Translations under genes and position numbers: made by a program | In this document: piece after piece, positions 13,699 through 29,163 of the stretch | Layout of the letters: each line of letters begins with the position of its first letter | How positions within the stretch are numbered: position 1 is the first letter of the stretch | Assembly: GCF_037042905.1 (NCBI RefSeq) | Contig: NC_087246.1 | Coordinates: forward strand, 9,488,001-9,552,000 | Source of the DNA: Lytechinus pictus | Taxonomy: Eukaryota | DNA: 64,000 bases | Direction: 5' to 3' | The notes under the pieces: generated by a model | Told to the model about the DNA's origin: nothing | Seen by the model: only the letters and a program-made list of their open reading frames with translations | Databases searched by the model: none

Positions 13699-15302
13699 GT
13701 GAGAAGAAAAATCAAACATTTAATCCATTATCTCCTAAATATTTCTATTCGTGTATACTTTGTATAAGGATCACTCAGTTTCCTCAGTTTACAGGTTAAT
13801 TAGTCTGGTATATATATATCTCCGGGGGGGGGGGGGCAGTCAAATGTATTGCTGTACACATGCATGACCAAATTATTTCCAAACACCCCCTAAACAAGTT
13901 TTTCACTAATTTTTCTAAAACGTACCTGTAAAAAATATCATATATGGCTATTAATGGCTTCAAGTCCCAGCCATACAACTGTGTAGTCATGATTGAAAGT
14001 TGTAGTTAAATTGTTCATTTCATTTAGCATTTCTGCAACTTTTCATAGATTATACAAAGTAACAAAGAAAATACAGAATGCATATCAAAATATTTAACAA
14101 TAATACTAAAAAATATATGAACAAGGTTGTATTTTCTATAACATAAAAATTTCAAAAAGTTGCAGGGATTGCCACTATAAGCTTAGCTTGACCTTTTGGC
14201 CCGGAGAACAATTACAAATTATATCTAACAATACCATCTTAATGTATGAGAGTGCAGGTGCAGAGTGGAAGGGGGGGGGGGGGGGCTGTTGCAAGACAAA
14301 AGAAAGTATATCAAATATATTATAAAATTTGCTATTAAAACTACAATCATTAAAAAAATTGAATATCTTGAAGGCTCTGGTTTTTTTGAGTGACGGCAAA
14401 TAATTGAAGGGTATCTCTGCATTACTTTGCCAGAGGCTGACACAACAAGATCACATTCTTTTTGGGGAACATTTGCTTTCTTTTGTGGGTGTTGAGGAAT
14501 GAAATTGATTTGTGGAGCAGCAGAAGGATGTTAGTTCATCTAAATCACTGTGAATCAACGTCCTTCTACCTATTTCAGCTGATGAGATCAAATGAACATG
14601 GTTGTGATGCGATTGTCATTCAGCATACACATCTCACTCAGCGTGGAGTCTGGCCACAGGATCAAATTCTTTGTTCAAACAATAATGTAATTTGTAGAAC
14701 TAAAGCAACTATGAAATCTAATCAAGCAAAAATTTGGAAGCAAAGTTTTGTGACTGGGTTGTGGGCTTTCATCGGCTTCTGCATTTATGGTTATAACATG
14801 CAAATTTTTTGAATTGTTTTATATCAAGGGATTTTAAAGTATTATTGAAGTTGCCTTTTTGTTTTGGTTTATTATTGTTTAATAATGACAAAAAGATATA
14901 AAAAGATTTGTTTTTCTTTATTTTTTATATCAAATACAAATGCTTGATGTATTTGTTAATTGATATACTATGAAATTAGAACTGAGAGAGCAAGAGAGGC
15001 AGAGAAAGAGAGACAGAGAAAGAGAGAGAGAGAGAGTGAGAGAGACAGAAAGACAGAGAGAGTGAGAGAGAAAAGAATAGGGGTAGTTGGTGCGGAGGGA
15101 AAGAGAGAGAACTAAGAATTGATGATTTAAAAATGCAGACTGACATATGCAGAACATTCCTGTTTTTGAAAGAAAGCTTATTTGATTTGGTTGGTCACTA
15201 ATGTTATGTACAAGTACAACCAACTTTTTAGACAAATAATCTCAATCCATGTCAACATTCCAATTTGAGAAAATGTTTGTGATTTTCGTTTTGTCTCTTA
15301 AG

Positions 15303-15479
15303 GAACGAGAGGAGAAAGGTGTCTTGAGAGAGGAGGTGGATCGTCTCAGGGAGGCCCTCGTCAACTTTGCCAAGATGGCATCCACCCATCCTACCCTGGG
15401 CGCCAATATAGGCCAGGAGCTCACTGCCCTCTTTAATCGCACAGTCACCATCAAGCAAGAGATACAGGAGCTTGTCTAG
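15303..15479 (+). CDS. Zinc-finger gene, last coding exon (EREEKGVLREEVDRLREAL...IKQEIQELV*)
   Basis: Acceptor ttgtctcttaag, phase 0, continues the heptad pattern of the previous exon. GC-rich coding-like island ending in TAG at 15477-15479. Confidence 0.82.
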   Translation, partial: EREEKGVLREEVDRLREALVNFAKMASTHPTLGANIGQELTALFNRTVTIKQEIQELV

Positions 15480-18439
15480 CATTCTCTCTTGCTCTCCCGT
15501 CTCCATTTTCCATACATGTTCACACTTGTGAAAGGCAATTTTTTTAAATATCTGTTCCTGATCATTGTTCTATTGTCAAGCTATGCACATTGTTGGTAAT
15601 GTTTATTTGTGATGTCAGGCAATACATTGGGCTTGCTTTTATATTTGCTGTTGACTGCATAGATGGTATAATGTTGAATGTCTTGACTTATTTTCTTTAC
15701 TATATTTCCTCCTTATGGTGCTTAGATGGGTCTTGTGTAAATTGTATTTTTGTTATAAATATCGAGGGAAGAAAAAAAACAGAAATTTAGGCATATCTAC
15801 AAAAATATTCTAATATGGCGATTCTTTCCCAAAACTTGCAAACAACAATGTGTTTATAATTTTCCAATGTATTTCTGAAAATGAGCAGTGCTTTGTTTGA
15901 GCAAAGGTGGAGAAAGAAGGGGAGTAAAAGGGGAGTCATTAATTATCTTTATGATGTCCAAGAAAAGGAGAGAAATGGAGAAAAAAAATTATCATGAAAT
16001 CTATTATGTTCATGGTCTTATTCCATGTACCTGTGTTTCCAGGAGTTGGAATGTGAATACAGCAAATGATACTAAGCAAAATCTGAATATTGCAATACAG
16101 CAGGGTAGGAAATGATTTTTATATTTAAGGGCTTAGTTTTTGGCCGTATTGGAGGTGAATTTGGGGGCTATTTCTTTGATTTTCAAGGACAAATTTTACT
16201 GCTCATTGAGCAATTATGCTGTTAAATCATATTTCTTTATTCTGCTGTATGTAGAATATTGACTATCCAAATGTTTTTGAATATTGTTGGTAATAGCTCT
16301 TGGGGCAACATGAGAAAAGATGGTCACCCCCAAAGCATTACATTTTGCAATTTTAAGGGGCGATTTTGGCTGTCATGAGGGTGGAATCAGCCATCACCCT
16401 CATTATGATGCATAAAGATATTTTTAACCTGTCAATGCATTAATTTGCATCCAAGTTCTTCACAAAGGTATAGTCATTGTATCTTACTTGCCATTTCTCT
16501 CCCTATAAAAATAGTGAGGAAGATGGAAAGGTTAATTGAAGAAGTAAAACAGATTTCTACTTATATTTCACTTGGGGAAATATGTACCTTTGTGTCTTGA
16601 GGTTTTACTATTGGATTAAAAGTACTCATTGAAATATATTCTAGTGAATGCATACCCAATATAAAGCGTAGTCAGTACTATTGCTTTTGTAGTAAATTTT
16701 GAAAGATACCACTATTACCATTTAGTGTGATTATCTTCATCATCATTTCCTTTATTACAAATGTGTTTGTTTGAGCACATTATATTATGCTACTTTTATC
16801 AACTTTTGTGAAAACATATTACTTATTGCTTCTTGTTTATCTCAACATTCTATAGAAATATACAGTACCAAATTTTAGTCAGATAAAAATCTTATATTGA
16901 TGATAATTTATATATATCTATATTATGTATACATCATTGCTTTATTGATTATTTGTTTTGCCAGAAAGTACATAGCCAAGTCAGTACTAGAATGCATCAG
17001 ATGATTTTGTATGTTTTATTTTCTTTGATTTTTATTTTCAGGTGAGATTTACTGGTGAGAGAGAAAGAGAAAAAAGAGATGAGATTTTTAAAGTCCTTCA
17101 AGAATTTCATTGTGGTTGAACAGAATGTCTGTGAATTATAATACCACTTTGAAGACATTTGTGGATTTTTATGTTGCTTACGAAAAACAAAGCCTTTCTA
17201 GTATCTCTAACATCCCTCTTAGGATGTTTTGATTACGCAGGCAATCTTCTTTCTATTTATTTTGTATTTCTTTGTAACGTCAAAATTAGTTTTTAAGAGG
17301 AGCAGATCAACATGAAGAATGTTCTTAAATCTTTCAATTGATTTTCTTATCTTATATCGTAGTAGCATAGTTTTTCTAATATGCATTTCTACAGTTCATA
17401 TCAGGGTGTCTTTATACTTTATCAGATTAAAATGAATATTAAAAGTAAGAAAAGGACAATATTCGCTCAACCGAATATTCTTCATTATCATGAGGAAAAA
17501 CATATAAAGTTATGTTGTGAAGAAAAATTTTCATGTTTGCTGTGACACACAATTTTTTTTATATGCATTCTAAGCAATCTCAGTGCAACTTCACATTTGT
17601 TTAACTAAAATCAACCTAATCTCTTTATTACAAGATATAAGACCTCTCAATTCTGCTTATTTTCTTCTACATGCATCCTCTCTTTCCCCTTTGTAACTAT
17701 GCAAAAAGAACCAGTTATACCATAACACAAAATAATTATATACTTTATGCCAATGACCAATCAAGATTATTGCATGCATACTGACTGACCAGGAACCAAT
17801 CAATTTCATTTATTGTAATTACAATCTACTACATATGTCTGTGTTACAAGGCCGAGGAAAAAGAAAATTTAATCTTTTCCTTCAAAACTGTAACAAACTT
17901 CAGTCTCTTCCAAATAAACAGGCAAAAAGAAAAACATTTTCCTTTAAATGAAGTAAAACAGACAACTGATTTATTTGTTAGCCAATTAAGGTACCAACAG
18001 AAAAAAAATTGTCTTAATTGCTGTCTTGTTTTGAATGTTACTGATTTTATGATTTTGATGTTTATGATAACATGGAAGCCGAACAAGGACAAAATCCCTC
18101 CCACCAGGCAACATGGACAAATAAGATTACCTGGTATTTTGTTTGAAAAATGAACCCATTTTTTTTAATGGGAAATAAAGATGTTAGATATGTTATTAGG
18201 AACTGTTGGAAAACATAAACACACAAAAAAGCATACAAGAGCCTTGTGCATGCAAAAAAGAAATAGCCATTCCTTGTTATATTAATTCCATATTGTTATT
18301 TACAAAATTGTAGCAATGTAATAATAAAATACTAGACTTTAATGAGATATGAATTGAAAATGAAAGGTTAATTATAGCTAGTCCTTACTTTAAGATCTTG
18401 AATAGTTAAAGATATATTTATAAAATTTGATCATTAAGG

Positions 18440-18482
<43 letters not shown>

Positions 18483-21400
18483 TGATCTCTTGGATATCTT
18501 GCTTGTTATTTAGAAAGAAAATAACTACTCTCTTACTATGTTTTTATGAATTTCTGTGTTGATGAATTATATATTGTTCTGTCTACATATGATTTACTTA
18601 TATTATCTTTTATTATTTCTTTGTAAAATATGTTTGCATGTCTATATTTATATTGCAATAGATCTTATTAGAATTTGTTGAAAGGGAAATGAATTCCCCT
18701 ACACCTATCATAAACCATTTTTTATGGCAGCATATAGATCAAACAACTTCAAATAAATGTGATGGGTTTTTAGTATATTTGGGAAATTTTGATGGACCAA
18801 ATTGTTGCTGATTGCTTTGTCAAGGAATTGCTTTAAATATTTTGATATATTGATGAAATACTAAACTTGTACTAACCATATGTACTAACAATGAATTATA
18901 CTACTGTGTTGATATGGGTAGTATTTTGTTGCATATATATATTTACTTGATGAGATACATTATCCAGCTTGCCACCTTAAACAGCTCAAAATTTGATTTA
19001 GTTTCATTTTAGTTTTATTTTATTATGTCATTTGAATTAGATCTTATTCAATGTTCATGTTATTAGAAATATATAGATATATTATTGTGCATAAGCAAGA
19101 TACATAGATTGTATATCTTGCAGAAAAATTTCTTTGTGTTAAGTAGAGTGAAATTCACTCGCTCATATGCATTGTTATGTCAAATACAAACTATTTACAA
19201 CAATGCATCTAAAAAATATACATTAAACAGATATGGTAATACCCTAAAATTGTCTTTTCATTTGATTGAAATATTTGAAATATCTTAATTGTATCGATAC
19301 AGACAGATAGCCATAGCCGGGGGCTATTCAGTATGCTTAGATTTTATTGAAATTCTTCAAGTTTTAAGATGATGATTGAAATAGATTGTATCATAATTAT
19401 TGCTTTGTTTAATTTTGTTTTTATATTTCTTAATTTATTTTTTATTGAAAAATTTGAAATCAAATGATCTTTGTTAGATAAGAAGCTCTTATATTATTTT
19501 GTTTTTAAGATGTAAGAGGCACATCAAAATAATGCAGTAATTCCTGTGATGCTTATCTTCTATGAGAGAAAGTTGAAATATTAAAGTTCTTGTAACTTAG
19601 TCTTGTTTGATCAGAAATGAAATTAAGAATGTGGAAAATGAATCTCAATAACAACATTAATGATGTGTTTTAATTGAAATGTACAACTGAATGGCAAGAA
19701 TAAATTATAAATAAACAGTCTACTACAGTATATACACTATCAAGGGATAAAATGAGAAATGTAGTAATCAAAGTGATTGAGAGTAATTTTAATTCACTTC
19801 GATTAATTCATTACGCCCATCATTAGTTAGAATAAAGCCATACAGATATATAAAATGAATGATCAAATTTGATGTTTATACATACACATATCAGGCATAT
19901 TAAAATGAGAGTAAAAAGTATTTCAGATTACTTACATTAGAGGAAGGGCATTGAGCCTTGTTCTTGCCTCTTATAGCATTAGATTTGCATCTCAGATTCT
20001 GTGACATAGCATCTTGATATTATGACTCGCTTTCTCTCATCTCACCCACTGTTTGCGAATTTGCTTTAGATTTTGTAAGGACACAGTTTTAGAGTGCACC
20101 ATAAATTCAGCTGCGCGGAAGGGATTAAGTCTGTAACTATTGTGTTTATAAGCATAATTTTTCAGCGGCACGTACTATACTCAGAGTATTGTGATGAAGT
20201 AACAGAATCACGTAAGATCTTTATTTCTTGGGAATGTATCATAGACTTGAGAGGTTGATAAATTGGCCCAGAACTGCCGTGAGGAAGGGGGGGGGGGTGT
20301 CATGAGAAGGAATGATAGCAGCTGCATGCATACGCGCAAATCAACAGTTACAAATCTAAGGCTACTTCTGATTGCATTCAAATCTTTAGAGCGAGCAAGT
20401 AACTGTTGCCTATTTACAGAATAGATCATTGTAAATACAATTATAAAATTCTAAATAAATCACTTTGATTACATTAAATAATTCTATATTCATCAGATCT
20501 GATTGAGGTATTCTTAATTTTAACAGCCTGTAGTTGTTGTTTTTCTTCATTTTCTTTATCCTCGCACTTTCATAAAGAATTATGTATCTAGATCTGAATT
20601 TGGTGGAGATAATAACCTAACAATGTCTGATAATTATGGCAGGGGAAAATGGAAAAACATTGGTTAAACTAGTTCAAATTTTATTGCAAATGGAGAACAA
20701 ATTGGATCATGAATTGCAGAACCGAAGTGATGCCGTCACAAAAAATTTTGCATTTCACTGTTTTTTAGACCACCTTTCCGTGGAGCATGATAAACAACAT
20801 CAATAACCATAATTTGGTGGGAGTCAGTCAATGGGGTCCCAATATGTGACTCTGTGAATGACAACTTGGCCCCAATGAAATCAGTGTAACTTGGTTCGGT
20901 TCCAAATTTGGCCATACTTTGGCCCACTAGGAACCAATATCATGTCAAATCTAGTGCGAGGATCATTTTTTGATCATGCTCTATTCAAATGAAGTCAAGA
21001 AAGTGCTGCAATGCACAAAAAAGAAAATAGAAGATACCACACTTTGGTACTCTTTAGGGAATATGTGTTTTAAGACTTGTAAAAAAATATTATATAAAGT
21101 TTGGAATGGTTTATTTTGTGAAAAAAAAGAAGTAAGAAAATATGTTAAGAGAAGACAACTTATTAGAGAATATTTGGATTTTTTTGTATGTAAAATATTT
21201 TAACAGTGTAATAGTTTATCTTGTATACAAAGATATATTAGTGGTGCAAATCTATCTAAAAAAGAATCATTACCGGTATTTGATTTGTTGCTCTGGGTGT
21301 TATTATTTCTGATTTAGTTTGGTTTTGTGTTATATGGGCAAAGAATTTAATGTGGTGTTTCTTATTGTCATGCAACCAAAGATGTGTTTTTCAAGCATGT

Positions 21401-21581
21401 AATTAGTGGTATGGTAGCACTAATGAGAAAATTGTGTGATTAAATGGGACATTTTGTTTCCATTTTTCCTTTGTTGAATAGTTTTAAAGAAATTAAAAAA
21501 AATGTGCACACGTTTTTATCAATGCACAAAGCATTTTCACTTTTTTTGATTCAAGATAAAAGAGCAATGTGGATAAAAATG

Positions 21582-21669
21582 CCTTGGAGGACTAGGGGCA
21601 TGCTGGGAATTGAACCCCTGACTTACATGGTGTAGTCAGGCGCCTTAGACCAGTCGGCCACGACACCTC
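21582..21669 (-). mobile_element. tRNA-like SINE head fragment
   Basis: On - strand: A box tggccgactggt, B box ggttcaattcc. Confidence 0.55.
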
Positions 21670-24443
21670 GACTTTTTTAATAGTTGAATTTCAAAAACTT
21701 ATTGTAAGGTATCAAGATATGTCTTGGGTACTGGGCCATTTTAATATTTTCTGGCATTTTGAACAAAGGTACTAACAAAAAAAAACCTGCTCTAACGATT
21801 GTATTTATGGCTTGGCACTGATGTACTTAAGGCCGTACATAGAAATTTTCTTTCGGGGGGGGGGGGGCAGGATGTGGAAACATTTGAAACTTGAAAGTGA
21901 GGGAATGAAGCATCAGAGTCTGTCATTTGGGCGTTTTGCATTTTTTAAATGTAAATTTGAATGATTTCGTGCACATTTTTGGTGAATTTTGTAAACATTT
22001 TCAGTAAAAAAAATGTACGTTTTCAAAATTTCTTGGGGGGGGGGGCACTGCATACTGTCATGGATATACAAGCTTTTACTGAGCTTCTTGTAATGCTCAT
22101 CTGATTGTTTCATGTTTTGGAAGTTCAGGACTATAGCCTGCTTTTCACTTCATCATGTATGAAGGTATCATGATGATGTGTTACCTAAGTATATGAAGCA
22201 ATGTATATAGACAAGTCATATGAATACATACCTCGCACATTAAAACACCCCATACTCACATATATACAACAATGTCCATCTCTAGATGTTCTTGTCATTT
22301 GCCAATTCATGACATTCCCACATTTAATCACTGAATACTGCAATTTTTTTTGCAAAAATTAGTTTCTGATTTGTTCATTTTTTATATAGCAGTGGATGAT
22401 TTTATTTTTCTAGGTATGTCTTTGTGAGGAACTTTTGTTGAAGACCAAATTTTTAGTTTTATTCCAGACTTTTAGAAGTGCATGTTAGCGATGTTTCCTA
22501 TTTTACTTCCAGTTTCAAACTACAAAAAAATATTGAGGTAATCATGCAGATTTGTGTTTGTTTTTTTAAAATAGAATTGATAATTATATCCTTGTTGAAG
22601 ACATGAAAACATTTCGTGTTGCAAGAAAAATATGATTTATTACCGGTATGTACATGTATGATTTATATGATTTGTTATTTTTACTTGCCTAAATTAGAGA
22701 AGCTTTGCCAATTACATTGAGGTGTATTTGTTAAAATGTTATGTAAAAGGGACCAATTAGTTCAAATTCATTTATTACAGTATTGATTGGAACTCAAGTG
22801 TATCAATTTTAAGAACAAGTTCAATAAAATTATTCTTATGCTATTCTCAGTCTCATATATAAGAAATGAATATGTCATTACTTTTACAACGCAGCTCATT
22901 TAGTTAACGAGAAAGCCAGCTTCAAATTTAATAAAAAATTCATCTGATAAGTACTTAATACCTCATCATTTTTGTGAGAAAAGTGACATTTTCAACTCAA
23001 TAGTTTTATTGAACTTACACGCAACTACTGCAATCTTCCTTCTCACAAAGTTTGATTTTTTTCTCTTCTTTTTGCCATGTTATAGTTACATTTTGAAATT
23101 GTTATGCGCAGTAGCTGAAATGTCTTGCTCTATATGTCTTATTTGTAATGCATTGTAGTAAAATGAAATGAAAAATCTATACAGAGAAAACATTATTACA
23201 TCATGAAAAATAGATGACATCTATGTTTGTACCATCAAGTGTTACGTAAAGTTCTTGTTTTGTTCTGTTCATATCGTGTGTACATTATATATGCTAGTCT
23301 ACTGCAAAGTATATATATGTATATAAATTGCGATGTTGATCTACTTTTTCTAAGGTCACAAAACATAAAAATGAAACATATTGTACTATGAAAGTTACTC
23401 CACCTCATCTATGTAGCCATTTTATACTTCAAAGCGTGCATTTTGGTAAGACTTGTTAATCTTGCAATGACAGCTTCTAGCGTCTTATGATTATTTATTA
23501 TGTTTAGTTGTTTATTCTTTGATATATATATGATATAATGCAAAGTAAGAGGGAATACTAGATAAAAAATAGGTTTAGGCTACATATGTACTGTACTATC
23601 ACAACTATTATGTAGCGTCAACTCAGTGCTCAGAATATCTATTATATATATTATATATTACCAAATGATCGAATTAAAAAAGTACTGTATGAAAATCTAA
23701 CATAGTGAGGTGTCTTTGATTTTCTCTTTAGTGGCTTTGATAGGTATTGAGAAATTTAAAGGTAAATGGATTTTGGAGAAAGGGGAGAAAATAAGTGAGT
23801 AATAGATGATTTAGAAAACCTTAAAGCAGGGAAGTCAGATCATATGAGGAATAAGACAGAAATAGAGAGATGGGGGAGGGGCGTGAAAAGTGAATAAAGA
23901 TTGATGAAAGGGTGAGAAGGATTGCAAAGGAGGGAGAGAAAAAAAGTGAATGAGAGAGAGGGAAAGAAACAGTGCACAAGAGAGAATCAGGGTAGATGAG
24001 GAGGGTGCAAGTTATTGGTGTGGATGGAGGGGAGGGGGAGGGGAGAGAAAGAGAGTATAGGTAGATAGCAAGGGTGGCACAGAGAGAGATGATAAAACAA
24101 GAGGTGTTTCATTACATATCCTTGCCAATAGGTGGAGCACTTGGAGAAATGTGGGGAAAATATTTCTTCATCTGCGATTTTTGTTTTTCCTATGATAGAT
24201 ATCTCCCTGTCTGATCTTGAACTAAAATGCAACCATAAGGGGGAGGGGGCAATAATACTCCCACTCTCGTCAGCCCTGAGTTACCCTTCCTGCAGGTGGA
24301 GGACTTCAGGGAATGGAACTACAAGGTACAAGGGGTATGGAATTGGATAAATCTAAATGGAATGAACCGGTGCATATCAGATCTATCTTCAATTTTTCCC
24401 TATAATTTTCTCCCAAGTTTTGTCCTTTCCCTTGGAAGGCCTG

Positions 24444-24598
24444 GTGGGTGTTTCAGAAAGCTGTTCGTAAGTTCAGTGTGACTTTAAGAACAACTGGTGA
24501 ACCAGTCACCTAATTGTGAACATCATTTACCACAAGAAAGGATCACCAGTCGTTCTTAATGTCGTTCTTAACTTACGAACAGCTTTATGAAACGCCCC
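24444..24598. mobile_element. Harbinger-type MITE
   Basis: ~60-bp imperfect TIRs (gtttcagaaagctgttcgtaagtt / aacttacgaacagctttatgaaac), flanked by CTG on both sides. Confidence 0.75.
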
Positions 24599-26850
24599 CT
24601 GGTGATTGTTATTCTATGGTGCTTCGTGGTAATCAGGAATCTAAGAATATCAGTTTTCTCATATGGCTTCTTTTTATGAGTTATAAATGAGATAAGGGCA
24701 AATTTCGAAAACAACTTGAAATTTAGATAACTAAATAAAGCTAAATTGCAAGGATGTATTTATAAATACAACATATGAAAATATTTTTGTGATCGAATCA
24801 AATGTTGTTTGTCATGAAAGGTAATTTTACAAGAAAAATGATAAGGCAAATTCTGGAAAGGCAGAATACTCATTTTATTCATCTATTCTAAATATTACTC
24901 ATTCACACATGTATCAGGAGCACTGGTGGCAATGGGGGGGGGGGGGGATTCCCCACATTGAATTCTGAATTTTGTAAAACAGGCTAAGGGAGAGGGTCAT
25001 GTCTGAAGGAATGCTTGTGATGTACAGCTTTTCAAAAAATCTTACAATTCAATACTTTGACAAATTATTTACAAATAACGAGCCTAAAATGATTTTCAAT
25101 TAGGAAAAACCTATTCATAACCTGCATGTTCTAGGCTTTTAGGAAGTGGTTCAGATAAATTATCATAAATGAGTATTTAGGGTGGCTACCCCAACCCCTA
25201 CTTTTCATAACCATTCAAGATTTGAATTTTCTTTCAACCACTTTTTTTAATCCCTTCCCTGTACAGTGTAATTCTTTTTTTTAAATATTATTTCACTCCC
25301 TCTCTATCTCCTTTTTCTCTCATTCATTCTCTCACACTTTTTCCATCTTCACCATAGCATTGTATTCTTTCCCCTCCTTTCTCTATTTTTTATCTCTCAA
25401 GTGCTCCCTTTCTGAATCCACCAACAAACTCTCTACCTTGTGAAAATTACTCCAAACATTCCTAATTCTTTTTGTTGGGGTGTGTGTGGTGGGTCATATC
25501 CTTTTATCAACATTACAAAATTAGCACTAAAAAAGTTTAATTTTCAATTGAGCAAATTATACTTTTAGTTTTAATGATATACATACAGTGCTCTGTTGTA
25601 GCCTATTTTTTTTTAAATCTTAACCCCAATAATGACAATTGTATTTATTTCATAAGCAGGTTATCTGTATAGAGTGGACAAAGAAACATTCATTCATGAA
25701 TGCCAAATACAGTAATTAAGAAAGGGCAAATACAAATTTCTTAAGAAAACATTAACATTGCTTGAAGCAATAAATTTATTATAAAACTTGGAACTTCAGA
25801 CCAGCAAATTATTAAATATATTTGAACAATTTTAGGAGACAGGCAAGACCTGGTCATGTATCTCCCTTTTCCCACATGAAATATAATAAAATACAATCTC
25901 TGCTGGAAATTATAGGGACCAGTAAGCAGCAATGACCCTATAACTAGTATGAGTATAAGTGTATACCATTATAGTACTAATGGTCAGTTTATCAGTTGTA
26001 GAATAAATAACTACTTTGGAACAACCCAGATACCTTTTAACACTGAATTCTCTATTTCCTTGCTGCTTTTATAAAATTATGATATAATACCAATTACATT
26101 TGCTTCTATAGCGCTTAATATCACTTACTTTATAAAAAGTCTTTAAGAACTCTACAATAATACACAAGAATGAAAAAAATACATTATGGATATCACAAAT
26201 AGATTCAATTATAATCAAAACATTGTAGCAGTTCAGGTGAATACTACAAAGGGTCTGATAATCTAAAATATGTCTTTACAAGTTTAACTTATAAGCAAAT
26301 ACTAGTAGATGAATTCTGAATCACTTAAACAGTGATTTATGAAGGAGGAAGTCCACCCTGACATTCAAATGGTTTTAATGAAAAGAAACAAAAAACATGA
26401 GAATAACATTGACTGTTTTGACGAAAATCAAACTTAGAATAACAAGAGTTATCAACTCAAAGTTTTAATGTGATGTCACAAGCGAGCAGCTCCTGTATAC
26501 ATGAATGTCATGTATTATTAATCATTATTTCATACACACTTACAAAAAAAAATAATATTTGACCATCACAAACCACAAATTCATGTTGGGCAATTTATAG
26601 AAGATTTGTTAAAGGACATGTGGTGGAGCTTCTTCTTTATGCATGTGACACCATACAATTAAACAATAAATAAATCTTTGGGGATTTCTGCCCAATCTTC
26701 ATTATAAAATGTTTCTCTTTTTTTTCTTCTGAAATCCACCTTGACATTGAGGCCAGAAGTTCATTTTGGCTAGATGCATGATAAAATTTGCAGAGACATC
26801 CCACAGTCAATTAATCTCATGCTACAAAATGCTTGAACACATGGGGCTGG

Positions 26851-26993
26851 GGCCCATTTCATAAAGACTTACAATTAATTGCAATTATTGTAAATTCCAT
26901 GGAAACCTTGATTGTGATTGGCTGCTAAGACACGTTACCATGGTAGTTGGCATGATGACAAGTTACAATAGCTGAACTCTATGAATTGGATCC
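26851..26993. mobile_element. Degenerate Harbinger-type MITE
   Basis: CTG flanks; gggcccatttcataaag / ctctatgaattggatcc ends; central tgattggctg. Confidence 0.55.
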
Positions 26994-29027
26994 CTGAAGA
27001 AAGTAGCTAACTGTTGATTAAATGCAAGGATAATTTTTGTAGAATTAAGAATTACTTACACCCATCTACTAGTACTTCAACATAGAAGAATATCAAAAAG
27101 AAAATGAAGCACATGATTTAATGTAATTCAACATGGCAACAAAAAGAAGTTACTAAATTTATACATGTGATCTAGACCCATCCACCTCCATCTATATGGC
27201 CACATTCTTCTCATACATTGTACATTAAGTCGACTCTAAGTTATGGAAAACTTTGATGATAAAATACTTTCCCTTACTAACCAGAACTTACAAAAAAATC
27301 TATATCCAGCATTTGAAGATTATCTGCAGTACCTTTGATTATTGCAACTTTGATATTCTACTTTTATGGTAGGAGATGAATATTTAAGTTTCAATATGTA
27401 TAAATTATTCAGTACTATAAACTTAGACAAAAATTGTCAAAACTTTCAATTAGTAAATGCTCTTTATAAGAATGCAAATTTGCAAACATTTTGTTCTTTT
27501 TCAACAAGGTAGCCTCTTAAGTTTACAAAATGTTATCACTGAGGGCCCTTTAATTGTCTCCTATCACAAGATGTCTCTTATTTCTTAAACTCAACATCTC
27601 CCATCCTCAACCAAATCTTTTACAGGATTCCTTTTTTAGAACTAATAAAATCTTCCCCATTTCAAGTAGCCATGTTTTAGTGTTTGTATATTCAATTGTT
27701 GATCAGATCATTTTTAAGTCATCTTCATGTATTTGATCTCTAGTTTACTTCTTCTCTGCCTAATGTATCTCTGAAACTTTTTCATCATTTCTGTATTACT
27801 CTCTCTTCCATGCCTTATTCTCATTTTCTTAATCTGAATTTATTTCCAATATGGAGTATCTCTCTATAATGCTGTGTTCAAGCAATTTTCTTAAGCTTAA
27901 ATTACAAACATATATCATGAATCAAATCACTAACATAGTTACTGCTGGAAAGTGTTAAAAAGCCTTTTTTACATCAACTGCCATTCTTCTATTTCCTGTA
28001 ATATTACTGCACAGCAGCTTGAGCCTGGAAGTACAGGCCAACATAGAGAAGACCATTATAATGATGTCATGAAATCATGATTGACATCACTGCAGCATTC
28101 AAGTGATTTCAGTGATCATGGTTCTGCGATCTCATGTTGAAAAACTCACCTTATGCCCTATTCAACGTTTTTGTTTTGAAAGATGTCTATTTTCTAACAA
28201 AAGAGCTTTCATCCACTGCTTTTCGAACTTCTTTGAAATACGGTAGTAAAGATGACAGTCTGTTGTTAGAATGCAACTTTAGTTTGTATTTTCCTCTTAA
28301 TCTAATACTTAAATGATTGGAAGCACAAAAACCATATACACCATTGCATTAAAACCTACCACTGATGTAAACCTTGCTATCAATGGTAAAATCAATGGAA
28401 ACTGTGATTTTAATTGGCTGCTGAGTGATGTTGCGATGAAAAATAGTATCACCGGTAGAATTACCTTTAATGGTCTTTTTCATGAAACAGGAGCCAGATT
28501 TCTAACATTAACTACTTCCATTGTATACAAAGAGCATACAATGTCCTTCCACTGATGAATACTGCTTAGAGTGCACTTGCAGAATCTATGGAAGGTGGTT
28601 TCAGGAGACCAAATGTTTCAGGTAGGTTGAAGTATGTCGTATAATTCTTAGTTTACTGTTAATATTATGCTGCTGGTATTTCATTTTAAGAGCATTTAAT
28701 CTGAAATTAGTTGACTTAATCATTAAGTCTTGCCAAGGAATAGCTTCCAAGGCATTTTCTCTCTGGTACACGTATTTCTCATTCTTTGTTTAGATCAGGA
28801 TTCCAGACCGTTGAAAACCTTAAACTTTCATTAAGATCCTAGTATGCTTTCTATCAGGGTCAAATTCAATCCTTTACCATGTATGACCTCTTCAGCTAAG
28901 GCAATAACCTATTCACCACCGAGTCCTTTCATTCTATTTTGCTTCAAACAGGTGTCATCAAGACCCAATAGTCAGTGGGTTAAAATAATACTAGTCCTCC
29001 ATCATATAGAGCTAGTCCAGGCCTACG

Positions 29028-29163
29028 TCAGTGCTGGTCCTGGTTCTCTTCTGGTTGGTCTTGTGGTCTCTGGTCCTCACCCCAGTCATATCCTCCTGGT
29101 CGTTCCTCTTCAGGAAGGGGGTTATAGTTAGGATCCTCAGGTGCAGTGTCCAAAAGTGTTTTT
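29028..29163 (-). CDS. DERL2: Derlin-2 last coding exon ([44 protein letters not shown])
   Basis: [18 protein letters not shown] tail (p97-binding SHP-box region). Total CDS 744 nt = 247 aa plus stop. Confidence 0.95.
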
